This document shows positions 1 through 11,401 of a stretch of DNA of 64,000 nt, in pieces (within the stretch, counting starts at the first letter, position 1; the number at the start of each line of letters is the position of its first letter). The DNA is from Octopus sinensis (taxonomy: Eukaryota), in contig NC_043006.1 of the NCBI RefSeq assembly GCF_006345805.1, positions 100,192,001-100,256,000 of the forward strand, read 5' to 3'. The notes beneath the pieces are model-generated. The model searched no databases, was not told the origin of the DNA, and was given only the letters and a program-made list of their open reading frames with translations. Position numbers and translations under genes: made by a program.

Positions 1-626
1 GTGGGTGTTAGAGAGTTCAGTGTATTTAGTACAAATCAGAAGGAGCGGTGTGCTCCTCAAGTGAAAAGAATGGTACTCACGGGACTAGTTTTAGAACTAA
101 TCTTGTGTTTAGTTTTGGTTTATATTTGTTCCTCCAGGTTGTATACAAATTTGTGTAAATTTATCCTCCGGTGATAAAAATAGTAGAATGGTAGAATTCA
201 AGAGATTTGGGACTAAAAACAAAGTTATTGCTGGTTTGAGTTGAAATATGTTTCTTTCGCTACTGACTGGCCGGGGCTATATGCATTTGTTATAATCACT
301 ATTTCTGTTCAGGGATAAAAATTGCATATTCTTGTTCTCATTGATATTGAAATTATATTGCAAAATTGCAGTTAATCAAATCAGTCGGTTACTGAACTGG
401 TAGCTGAAATATTGTTTTTTTATTCGGAATTATTGTCACTCAGCAGCTTTTATATTTATGTTATTAACCAATGAACGGTCCCACCTAGTAAGATGAACTA
501 AGTTAAAAATGCATAATATAAACTCACTAGTGGAAGCAATGCTAATGATATACACTAAACACGTTATGCTACTCTGCAATGTCGAAATCAACTCCTCTTG
601 CAGGGAAATTACAAACCATTGATCTA

Positions 627-775
627 CATCATCATCATCATTGTTCGACCATGGTCGAGACAATGGAATTTACCATGCTACGCCAGACTTCATGGTCCAT
701 CATAGCATTACGGAGGTCCTGTTGCTGGATGCCTGTATCCCTGGAGATTGCATCAGGGTAGGAGAGAGCGGGTGG
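627..775 (-). mobile_element. 3' end of an RTE-clade LINE with (TGA)n tail, fused to a U2 copy
   Basis: Minus-strand translation LSYPDAISRDTGIQQQDLRNAMMDHEVWRSMVNSIVSTMVEQ* resembles RTE ORF C-termini; the stop runs directly into a (TGA)n tail (CATCATCATCATCA at 627-640 on +). Confidence 0.6.
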
Positions 776-778
776 GAG

Positions 779-932
779 ATGGGCTGAATCCTGGAAGCAC
801 TGCAATACCAGGCGAACCCGTAGCAAAGGCGGAGCAAGCCCCTAACACTTCGCCTCGTTCTAAAAATCAGTTTAATATCGATGGCCCCAAATAGGGACCG
901 TATCAGATATTAAGCTGATAAGAACAGGCGAT
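779..932 (-). ncRNA. U2: U2 snRNA-derived copy lacking about nt 6-39 (pseudogene or chimeric retrocopy)
   Basis: The reverse complement reads CTGTTCTTATCAGCTTAATATCTGATACG (stem IIa), GGTCCC-TATTT-GGGGCC (IIb), Sm-like GATTTTTAG, GGGGCTTGCTCC (III) and CCTGGTATTGCAGTGCTTCCAGG (IV loop), collinear with U2. Stem I and the branch-point recognition sequence GTAGTA are absent. Confidence 0.9.
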
Positions 933-1920
933 ATGAGTAATATTGAAATGTTGATTTGTCTTTCATTTACAGCAACAGAAACCAGAATTAAGAATTAGAC
1001 ATCTACTCATTTTGTCCTGGAGAATCGCAGAAGGTACATCGTTTTGAATCTGTTTGAATATACGAAGTTATAAGGTGTATGTTATTGCACAGTATCTTTT
1101 TTCTTATCTTTCGACGCATTGTTCCTAATACAAAGCATATTGAACTTATAAAACAAAGAACGATGAATATACAATATCAAGTTGGAAAACCCATTGTAAA
1201 ACTAAAGGAAAAAACAAGAAGAACCTTATTTGATGCGATATTGTATTTCATATATACAACAGATTGTAAAATTATTATAATTTTCAACTAGACTGTTACC
1301 AACGTCTTATATGAATCAGATAACAGCATTTCAAATACTTATTATATCACCATCTGTCATCCATAAGCTAATATACAAGAAACGGAACACCTTGGATTAC
1401 ACCCTTAATTGGTCTTTTCCATTCAATACAGTGTAATGCCTTGCCTTTGTAGAATGAAAAGGGAATTAACAAAGCCAATCCCTAGTGAATACTAAAGTGC
1501 TATGAAAGAAGAAGTAATGCAATGTTTAAATAATTTATTGAGAGGCAATTACCAAAGCGCAGTATATTGTCGACGTTAAAGTTGCTAAATTTGAATGTGG
1601 TGGTTCCAGCATGGTGTGTCCTCAGATAATTTAGCTAACTCTCTGAGTAATTAAGCACACGGCACCTGAAACATTGTGTAATAACATTGTAAATGAATAT
1701 TTAAGCAGTCATTAATAGAAATATCTTATCTTCGGCAATTCATATGCAAATTTATAAGTTTAATATGCTGTCCAATCTAAATTAACAAATCGTTGAGAAT
1801 CTGCACACATATACTTATATATCATTATCAGGCTTAATATGCTTTTGTGCGAAACAAGAACGGGTCAGAGAAAAAGCTAGTCGTTACATGCTTCCGATGT
1901 TAAAATACGCTATTATCTAA

Positions 1921-1949
1921 TTATCTATCTATCTATCTATGTATATATA

Positions 1950-2027
<78 letters not shown>

Positions 2028-2036
2028 ATATATCCA

Positions 2037-2100
<64 letters not shown>
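1921..2100. repeat. Compound microsatellite (TATC)/(TA)n/(CT)n/(TA)n
   Basis: Directly visible simple repeats. Confidence 0.95.
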
Positions 2101-2435
2101 CGCGCGTGCGACAGAGGTAAATATACACCGTTATAGTTTATTTAAATCTGAAATTATATATTCAAGTTTTTTATTAATTATTATATGATCACATGCTCTT
2201 TGTATTTTTCAATGCAAGGACTCTATTAAGCATGCTCCTGATCAGATGACGAATATTATCTTGAGGAATTTCTTGCCAAATTTCATGGAGTGATCTCAAA
2301 AGGCTTTCAGGATGCTTCCTTTTTCTTTTGATAAAGAATTCAGTCCATTATGGCCCAGAGGTGTTCAATAGAGTTGATATCTGATATGTGTGTGAGTGTG
2401 CATGTGTGTGTGAGTGTGTGTGTGTGTGTGTGTGC

Positions 2436-2490
<55 letters not shown>

Positions 2491-3438
2491 TGTGTGTGTG
2501 TAAATTGAGTTCATATCTGGTGACTGGCTTCGCCATTGAAGCTATTTAATGTCGTCATCCTCTTGCAACCAATATTGTTTAGCTATGTGACAAAGAACCC
2601 CATCTGCCATAAATAAAGTGTCGTTTTTAATAACTTCACCACGTGAGAACATTGGAAGGAGTCCTTTCTATAATATGGACACGTATTTGTCTGAGTTTAT
2701 GTTTGCTTCAAACTCCATTAGCTCTGATCGTCTATTGCTCCAAATTGCTCCCCAGACATCACTGAATAACTACCGTGTTTCATTGCTGCCTCCACTCTGT
2801 TCCCGTCAAATTCTTGATCAAAGAGTCTCCAGACCCACACTGGACCACTATCAGAAAATAGAGTAAATCTAGACTCATTGCAGAATATGACGGTGTCCCA
2901 AAATGCTACTGGCTCCTCCACCATCTCCCTGAACCAATCCTTTCTCCGCTGGATATTGGCTGGTCGAAGTGGTACCCTTCTTGCTGCCCTGCCAAAGTAG
3001 CCAGGTTTGTGGAGTTACCAGACAGTTGCTCTGGGATTGACATCAACTTGTTCTGCTATGTCAGAGGCCTTGCAATAAGGATTATCCTCTTAACGAGGCG
3101 ATGAGTCTTGTCAGAGGGCTCTGGTCGACCTAGGTGAGGTGATGTGGACTCCTTCCCCTCTCTGGGGAATTACACAGTCTCTCTATTAACTGTAGAAAGC
3201 AGGATCCCGAGGTTTTCTGTGAATTTACGCCAAATCCACTTCCAGATTGACCCACAATATGGCTTCTTTGAAATTCGGACATTTCCAAAGCTTCTTTTGT
3301 ATGTGACATGATTAAGCAATCACGTTTCGAATGTGAAACATGAAAATCTCAATTATTAAAAAATATAAACCCTCTCAAGCTAAAATAAACATAAAACGGT
3401 GTTATATGACGTGTCTATTTACTTCTGCCATGTCTGTG
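2101..3438 (-). mobile_element. Tc1-like (DD34E) DNA transposon, decayed, interrupted by a (CA)n tract
   Basis: Minus-strand peptides [64 protein letters not shown] / DINSIEHLW. Imperfect TIRs share CAGA(G/A)GTAAATA(T/G)ACAC (2112-2128 vs 3411-3427); both ends are flanked by TA. Confidence 0.85.
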
Positions 3439-3469
3439 TATATATACGTACATATATATAATCAATAAC

Positions 3470-3892
3470 AAAGGGTAAAATTAATTAATTAACTAGTAAT
3501 CAATAATTTCACCAAGTAGAATTCGGCATGAAAAAGGACTATTTCAGGGTAAACTAAAGTAATACTTTATAATAGGGTTCAGCAAAGATTTACTTTACCA
3601 CATACCCAAGTTTAGAAATAGCAGCCAAAGAACCTTAGCTATTTCCTCTACTTTAAAAAGAGACTCACGGAAAAAACAAAGTACTCGAAAACAATCCACG
3701 TAGGCAGAGAGGGAAAATAACGAAAATCAATCGATTGTAGATTACCCATGTACGCGTTTCGGAATTAGATCGGTATAAAGAATGTGTAATTTATACTTTA
3801 CCTGAATATTTTCTTCATCAGCATGGGACTTCACAATATTAAATATTAAGAATATTAAATTCGAAGGTAAAGCAAATCTTTGCTGGTCCCTA

Positions 3893-3900
<8 letters not shown>
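3470..3900 (-). mobile_element. Non-coding hammerhead-bearing repeat, diverged relative of the 4107-5254 family
   Basis: Shares GGGTAAAATTAATTAATTAA, AATTTCACCAAGTA and TAGAAATAGCAGCCAAA with 4107-4300, contains an HHR, and is flanked by TA-rich tracts. Confidence 0.55.
3745..3827 (-). ncRNA. Type I hammerhead ribozyme
   Basis: Minus strand: CCCATG-CTGATGA-(A)GAA...TTC(C)-GAAA-CGCG-TA-CATGGG. Stem I is 6 bp, stem III is the palindrome ACGCGT, the cleavage triplet is GUA, and there is an A.C mismatch at the base of stem II. Confidence 0.8.
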
Positions 3901-3958
<58 letters not shown>

Positions 3959-4067
3959 TATAAATAAGCCCTTAATTATAAGATGCTTATATTTCAACCG
4001 TAAAGGTTTTTTTAATATACTGCCACGCTTTTTGATGGAATCATTTTCTGTAGAGAAAGGACGTCAT

Positions 4068-4113
<46 letters not shown>

Positions 4114-4390
4114 CAACAATTGAGGGTAAAATTAATTAATTAATCAATTTCACCAAGTATTCAGTATGCAAAGGGACCATTTAAGGCGAATTCAAATTAT
4201 TACATTTATAAATGGCTTAGTAAAATAAATTACTTTGCCGCTACTGAACTCATTAGAAATAGCAGCCAAAAAAAACTTTTTTAAAACTATTTCTAATACT
4301 TAAAGAAAACCTCTCTCATATAGTGTTTGCTCATTCAACTCACGAAAGTATGGGGGTAGAGACATTAAAAAATCAAATGCAAAGGTTATT

Positions 4391-4443
4391 TGAGAACGTA
4401 CGTTTCAAGATTAGTCAAACTCGACACTTCTATCATCAGCTCA
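4391..4443 (-). ncRNA. Type I hammerhead ribozyme (inverted copy)
   Basis: Exact reverse complement of the 5013-5065 motif. Confidence 0.7.
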
Positions 4444-5012
4444 GAACTCCCTGGTTTGGATTTGAAAACACTGAAAGTGGGAGCATACCCTTTCGGCTTC
4501 TTATCGCTTCTGAGGATCTGCTCGAAACTAACAGTGCCAGCAAACTCAAATATGCAAGCGAAGAATTTCTGCTCCTCCCTTTCCACCAGCGTGGAAATAG
4601 TATTAGAAATAGTTTTAAAAAAGTTTTTTTTGGCTGCTATTTCTAATGAGTTCAGTATGCGGCAAAGTAATTTATTTTACTAAGCCCTTTTATATAATGT
4701 AATAATTTGAATTCGCCTTAAATGGTCCCTTTGCATACTGAATACTTGGTGAAATTGATTAATTAATTAATTTTACCCTCAATTGTTGAAATTATAATTC
4801 ATCTCTCTCTATTAAATGCCTCGGATTTAACCGAAAAAAGCATAGTGTTTGCTGATTTTAACCACACGCTGGTGGAAAGGGGAGAGCAGAAATTCTTCGC
4901 TTGCATATTTGAGTTTGCTGGCACTGTTAGTTTCGAGCAGATCCTCAGAAGCGATAAGAAGCCGAAAGGGTATGCTCCACTTTCAGTGTTTTCAAATCCA
5001 AACAGGGATTTC

Positions 5013-5065
5013 TGAGCTGATGATAGAAGTGTCGAGTTTGACTAATCTTGAAACGTACGTTCTCA
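5013..5065 (+). ncRNA. Type I hammerhead ribozyme
   Basis: TGAG-CTGATGA-(T)AGA..GTC-GAGTTT-GAC..TCT(T)-GAAA-CGTACG-TT-CTCA. Stem III is the palindrome ACGTACGT, the triplet is GUU, and there is a U.U mismatch at the base of stem II. Confidence 0.7.
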
Positions 5066-5685
5066 AATAACCTTTGCATTTGATTTTTTAATGTCTCTAC
5101 TACCCCATACTTTCGTGAGTTGAATTGAGCAAACACTATATGAGAGAGGTTTTCTTTAAGTATTAGAAATATTTTAAAAAAGTTTTTTTTGGCTGCTATT
5201 TCTAATGATTCAGTATGCGGCAAAGTAATTTATTTTACTAAGCCCTTTTATATAATATATATATATATATATATGTAATATATATATAATATATATATAT
5301 TTATATATATATATATATTCAGTTATACAGTGTTACCCAAGCACATGCCATGTCAATATACATACGTGTATAACGACAGTGAATATAAAATACTGCACCT
5401 AACAAAAAGGAAAAATGAACATAAAACTTTAAGGTATTTGCGAAAAATCAATGTTGTATAGAACAATTTTATAAAGCAAAATTTCATTCAGCTTTTCATT
5501 TATTACGAAATAAATACTTTGAGCAATATATTTCTTTGATTAATCAGTAAATCTCATGAGAATTTTCGTTCATACGTATCTTTTATCGCCTTGCCGCTAT
5601 TACTTAAGTCAAACTTTAAGAAATTCTTAAAACCATGGGAGCATATGTTTTAGACCCAGCATATGTGCTTGTGTGTGTGAGTGTA

Positions 5686-5717
<32 letters not shown>

Positions 5718-5775
5718 AGTGTGTGTATACATATACATGTGTGTGATTGTGCACTTGTGTATGTGTATGTATATC

Positions 5776-5810
<35 letters not shown>

Positions 5811-6509
5811 GTGTGTGTGTGTGTGTGAGTGTATGTATATATATGTGTGTGTGCATGTATGTGTGAATAGAATTTTAAACTATTTTATTTCAAATAATTT
5901 CATTTTCATATTCAATTAATTGTATGAAGAATTTTCTAAATCTCCAAACTAGAAATCATTTTGGTTTTATAATTCCTATTCCTCTGATTTTGCCGAGAGC
6001 GTAGTGAGAGAATTTTAATATACAGCAATGTAAATAAGCATTGTGTGATAATCATTAACGGTTTTCAATTCTAAGTAGAATTTCTATAAAAAGGATTAAC
6101 ATGTTTCTGCTGTGATTCACTTATCTTTGCATGGATTTTCAATCCTTTTTACAGCATTCGTCTTTCTTCTTTCTATCAAACTTCCATTCATCGCATTTGG
6201 AGTTGATAAGCTTTGTCGAATCACACACAAACACAACCACATGCATATATTCACACAAAGACACGCACAATCATCAATATATATACTCACATCCAGACGC
6301 ACAGACTCATGTTTGTGTGTGATTATATATGTGTGAATAGGTATCTGCCTGTATTTGAAATATTTAATTTACTGAATCTTGGCTACCATTATCCATTGTT
6401 AAGTGTGGTGTATATGCTTTAAAACATGGTAAATATTTTTATTTTATTGCGTTTATTTTAACACATTCTCGCACACAGATGTTTCCAAATGTTAATGGAA
6501 ATAAATCCG

Positions 6510-6555
6510 GTATGCTGAGGACACCGCTTCACAGGTAACTGCTAGTATGTCATAC
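6510..6555 (+). ncRNA. Degenerate hammerhead-like motif
   Basis: GTATG-CTGAGGA-CACC..GGT-AAC-TGCTAGTAT-GT-CATAC. Stem I and the first core strand are intact, but GAAA is reduced to AA. Confidence 0.35.
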
Positions 6556-7814
6556 AGAATATATAAAAGTTAATGTTAATCGCATGACCATAGCCGAACA
6601 TTTTGCTGGTGGTCTGGTAAATAATTCGAATGTCAATGAAGGACACACTGTTGGCTAAAATATAAATTTTATTTCATATATGCTTATATATGAAATAAAA
6701 TTACTGGTGAGCTTTGATAAAGAGAAGCCAGTTTTAAAAAGATAGACTCGTATGAGAATGATATTAATTAAATATTTGTACTTAATTTAAAGCTCTAAAT
6801 TTTTGAAACTGGTTGGAAATATAGAATTAAAAGAAGTTCTGAGTGTTGACAGAGGTGAATATGGAAGTTAGAAATGAAATAACCTAAGTACTACACACCC
6901 TAAGTTTCGCTACAACCACATCGTCCCATACGTTTGGCTTGTCCTATATTTGATACTGCACTTCATTCCCAATATTCTACAATACACAAGATTATAACGT
7001 ATATTACAAAACATGTGCCAATGATGATATCTAATATACAATTACAAAATTTCAATCTCACCTGACCTTCAAGAAATTGAATTTCATGTAAATCACACTC
7101 TACTGTGTTTAGGTCGCAACCAAATAAACACATTGTTTATGGTAGGAGAGGCTTACTTCGTGGGTACTGAATTTGCCTTGGTTTACAACCAGTAATGAAA
7201 AGATCACTACAGGAGATAATGTCAGGAAAATATGTATTTCATGTCTTTGTTTTCTGGTTTTCTTTTCATCAGTTGGTCTGAGAGGTAGAGAGAAAACATT
7301 TTTTTACCCTTTAATTTTATTGGGCCTCCAAGTCTGTAAGATGAAGAAACAAAGTTAATTTTCCACCTGTGACGTGGGCCGATTGCTTGTAATAAAGCAA
7401 AACATTGCAGAAGGCAGTAAAAAACCATTTGTCTCCTTCTGTATATCCCGATCTACGTGCTTTTGCTTTTAAACGAAAAAGTTTTTGCATGGTTGCTCAG
7501 CATGTAGGAGGTAGCAGTCAAAGTCTCTATCGTTGAATTCTAATGCCTTGAAAAGGGAAGAACCCTCATCAGATTGTTTAATCAGAGGAAACATAAAGAA
7601 AGATAGGATAGGATGTACTTAAATATACAAGACATCCGCCGGCCTATGGTGGCCATATTTTGCACATGCTTTTTTGCACATTTTTCATATTTTTTATGGA
7701 TTCTAGCATTGGTCTATGCATGAAGGCCTCTCCCTCTCCATGATACCGATATTGGTACTCTTGCCAATATGTATCTTCCTACGTAATCAGGCCAATACGA
7801 CTTTGCATCATCAT

Positions 7815-8022
7815 CATTTCAATTTTTGGTACAAGGCTAGCAATGTCACAGAAGGAGATAATGCGATTACGTAATACCCAATGCTGGACGGGTACTTGTT
7901 TTACCGACTCCTAAATAATGAACGGCAAAGTTGACTTCCGCTGAATTTGAACTCCGAACGTGAAGAACCTCTGCTGTGTGCAGTTTGTACGACGTGCAAA
8001 GGATTCTGCCATCGCCCCACCG
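7815..8022 (-). mobile_element. Diverged tRNA-derived SINE with Nin/Deu-like central domain
   Basis: Similar to the cleaner copies at 23627-23785 and 58134-58357 (GGCAAAGTTGACTTCCGCTGAATTTGAACTC on +). Confidence 0.5.
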
Positions 8023-8203
8023 GTATACCACTACTAATTATACGACGACGTCAATGGTGATAACAGTAGACGATCAAGAAGACAAAGACGATTTGACGTC
8101 AACGACGGTGACCGTCACTAGGAATATGGAAGTACTCATACTACAAATGCTGTTTTTACTGTATTTGAAGCCGTGGATCGTCATCATCGTTAGTTTGTGA
8201 TAT

Positions 8204-10632
8204 CACTTGTCAACAGGTATTTTTCATCAAACATATGTCAAGGTGTACCTAATGTACTTTTTAATGCCGATTTCAAATATACAATTAGTTTTTTGACATC
8301 ACGTACAGTTTTCAAGATGAGAAAGTTTTGGTTTTTTAGCTCATGCATTATATAGAAATTCCTGTTAATGACGTGTATGCATTTATTTAATTTACATTAT
8401 GGAAACATACATTTACAATAAACTACATTATTCATTGCTGCATAGTTCAAATGCAATATTTTCATCATCTTAAATTAGTTAAAGTTATGTCTGATGAAAT
8501 GTTTCATCATCTCAAATTCAATACAACCATGTGTATTTATTTCCTTACTTGTTTTACAGTGTTTACAATGTCAAGACAGTGTAGAGTTCGTCCTGGTGAG
8601 TTTTGTTATGTCTGTGCACAATTTATTGTAAAAACTCAAAAGCGTACAATAACACCAGATATCAAGAAGATTTATAAGCATTACTTTGACTCTCCTCTTG
8701 GAGATCAGGTGAAGTTATGGGCAACACGTTTTATCTGCTCAGCTTGCTCAAATGGCTTCCATGATTCATAATGGAAGTCCGGCAATTCTAGTTCTACCAG
8801 ATGATGATGTTGAAACATCAGAAGACGATGCTGAGTGTCACGATAGTGCTGCTGATGAAGATTACGTGGCCTATGACGATAGCTTTGAACCTCAGAAATT
8901 TTTCCAAGCTAAACTGAATAACCTTGTCAGAGACCTATCCTTCTCAAAAGATAAAGCAGAACTGTTGGCATCAAGACTGAAGGAGAAGCATCTGCTAGAG
9001 CATGGTGTTTGTATAATTTATTTTCGGCAGAGGAATGTGGTTCTATAAACGTGTTTTTCTTTTGAAAGCCCACTTTTGCTCTTTCGGTAACCTAGTTGGA
9101 CTTTTCGAATGTTTATCACAAAATTATGATCCCACAGAGTGGTGTTTGATAATTGACTCTTCAAAATGAATTTAATATCTGTACTTCTCCATAATGGTAA
9201 TTTGAAGCCCTCCATTCCTGTTGCACACTCCGTTCATCTTCATGAATCATGAACTTTTACTTCATGCCATCGCCTGTCAAATACACTCATAGAAAACATG
9301 CGAATATTTAAAATTGATTGGAATGTTAATGGGAATTTTGTCAGGTTTTACAAAATATTGTGGTTTCTTGCATCTGTGTGATAGTCAAGTAAATGACTGG
9401 CATTATTCGGAATTAAACTGGCAGACTAGAACATCATTCCAGCCAGGACTGTCTAGCGTCAAGAATACACCTCTTGTAGATCCATGTAATGTCCTAATGC
9501 CTCTTTGAACATAAAGCTTGGACCGATGCAAGAGTTTATAAAGACACTAGGGAAGAGAAATGACAAAGGGTTTGAGTATATTGTAGAACACTTTCCCAAA
9601 ATCGCACAGGGGGAGTTTGTAGGGTCCCAAATCAGAGAAGATGTCAAATTGAAGACAACACTGGATGAACTGGAAATTCTTGTCTGGAATGCTTTCAGTT
9701 GCATCTGTGAGAATTTCTTGGGCAACAAGAAAGCAATGGACTACAAGTATAACATCAAGAACCTTCTGAAATGTTACTCAGCAATGGGTTGTCCCATCTA
9801 ATGAACATGGTGAAAGATTCCACCAGGATATTAGTGCTATGGAGAAATGGTACTAAGGCGTCTGGAATGACAGTACGCAGGCTGACTGCCGCTGGACACT
9901 TTACCGTGATCAACCAGATCAGGAACACAGCAGGAAATCCAAATCAGAATATTTCTAACTCTTGTTCCAACTTTGTTTTGTCTGACCAATTTTTTGTGTA
10001 GTCTCTCTTTGTAGAATGATAGTGATGATTGTTTTATCTCAATAAACTCATTTACTTTTTAAAAATAATAAGTCCTTATTTATTACGTTAATGAATTCAT
10101 ATATACAATTGTGTAAATATTTGCATGTATCTACTAATGCTGCAAACTCTACTCTTTTACTTGTTTCAGTCATTTGACTTTGGCCATGCTGGAGCACCTT
10201 ATTGTTTGTAAGCCTAGTACTTATTCTATCAGTCTCTTTTGCAGAACCGCTAAGTTACGGGGACATAAACACACCAGCATCGGTTGTCAAGCTATGTTGG
10301 GAGGGGGGGACAAACACAGACACACAAACACACACACACATACATACATATATATATATATATATGACGGGCTTCTTTCAGTTTCCGTCTACCAAATCCA
10401 TTCACAAGGCTTTGGTCGGCACGAGCTATAGTAGAAGACACTTGCCCAGATACCACGCAGTGGGACTGAACCCGGAACCATGTTATTTGTAAACAAGCTA
10501 CTTAACACACAGCCACTCATACGCCTATACAAATGGAGTGAAATTTTGAAATTTGAAATCAGCATGAAAAAATTAGTCTAAAAAGTTAGTTTGCATTCAT
10601 GAGGAAAATACATTTAATCTTGTCGACCAGTG
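8204..10632 (+). mobile_element. CMC-superfamily (Chapaev3-like) DNA transposon with decayed transposase
   Basis: Peptides FCYVCAQF..LGDQVKLWA, LNNLVRDLSFSKDKAELLASRLKE, EW.LIIDSSK..LLHNGN, IKLGPMQEFIK, GERFHQD. Termini CACTTGTCAACAGG / reverse complement CACTGGTCGACAAG, with TAT on both flanks (8201-8203, 10633-10635). The family name is from recall. Confidence 0.7.
10150..10526 (-). mobile_element. tRNA-derived CORE-like SINE nested in the Chapaev-like element
   Basis: Minus strand has a B-box-like GGTTCCGGGTTCAGTCCC followed by TGGGCAAGTGTCTTCTACTATAGC, internal (TA)/(GT) repeats and tail CCAGCATGGCCAAAGTCAAATGACTGAAACAAG. Confidence 0.75.
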
Positions 10633-10825
10633 TATTTCTTCTGGGCTTTTACGTTTTATGTTCATACACCGAGGAGAGTCGTGTTTCACTTTTAATCTCT
10701 CAGTTCTTTAAAACATGTAGCAAATTTGAGTGGCACCATTTCTTCCGGCTCTTTGTGTTTGGTGTTCAAACAATGCCATTGTCTATGAGGGTAGTATTTT
10801 CAACCACGAAGGTGGGTAGCTAATG

Positions 10826-11401
10826 TGTTAGGATTTTCCGACTCGGATCCACTGGAACCCACGTTGTGATCTTAACTCGTGGCCTGGTATAACACCACAA
10901 CCAGATACCATAGGCGTTTTACACGAAGTTCACTTCCTCATAAATATATGTCAGATCTCTATCAGACCTAAGGATGTAGGGGCCCAGTGATATGTGAAAA
11001 ATAACATTTTTGTCTTAATGATAACGTTTTTCTCACTTACCCTCGCAACCTGCATATACATATCGCCAATATTTATGACGATACTTTTTGCACTATAACC
11101 GTGTAGTAACAATAAACATATAGCGAAGCAGGACAACAACAACGTAACATTCCAACAAACTCTCCACGAATTATACACGAACCAACAAATGAAATTCTGA
11201 CAAACGACACCTTACGATTTCCTGCAATTAACGGCGTCTCTGTCTCTATCTCACTCTGACCGCTACAATTTATAATCTTTCGGTGAGACCATTCTGGTAA
11301 TAGATGTTTCTACGCTCGCCACAACATCTTCGTTTTTGAGATTTCAACTTACGCATGAAAATAAATTTATTTTACTTTATTCATATTTTTTCATTCCAAC
11401 A
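10826..11401 (-). mobile_element. Putative 3' LTR of a Gypsy element
   Basis: On the minus strand a polypurine tract AAGGGAGAGG is immediately followed by TGTTGGA (11401). The other end reads TGTTAGGA on + (10826), giving TG...CA imperfect terminal inverted repeats. Confidence 0.5.

Larger units (their letters stand above)
4107..5254. repeat. Complex inverted/tandem repeat A-B-A'-spacer-B'-A'(partial) carrying two HHRs
   Basis: 4107-4300 is the reverse complement of 4599-4795; 4301-4594 is the reverse complement of about 4863-5160; 5159-5254 repeats the start of A'. Both outer ends abut (TA)n. Confidence 0.9.

Noticed and set aside
779-932. Functional U2 gene
   Set aside because: It lacks stem I and the branch-point recognition region, and has a LINE tail where a 3' box would be expected.
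4510-4545. CTGAGGA...GAAAC as an extra hammerhead, and lone CTGATGA at 8852 and 43539
   Set aside because: No pairable stem II or stem I at 4510, and no downstream GAAA or stems at the other two sites.
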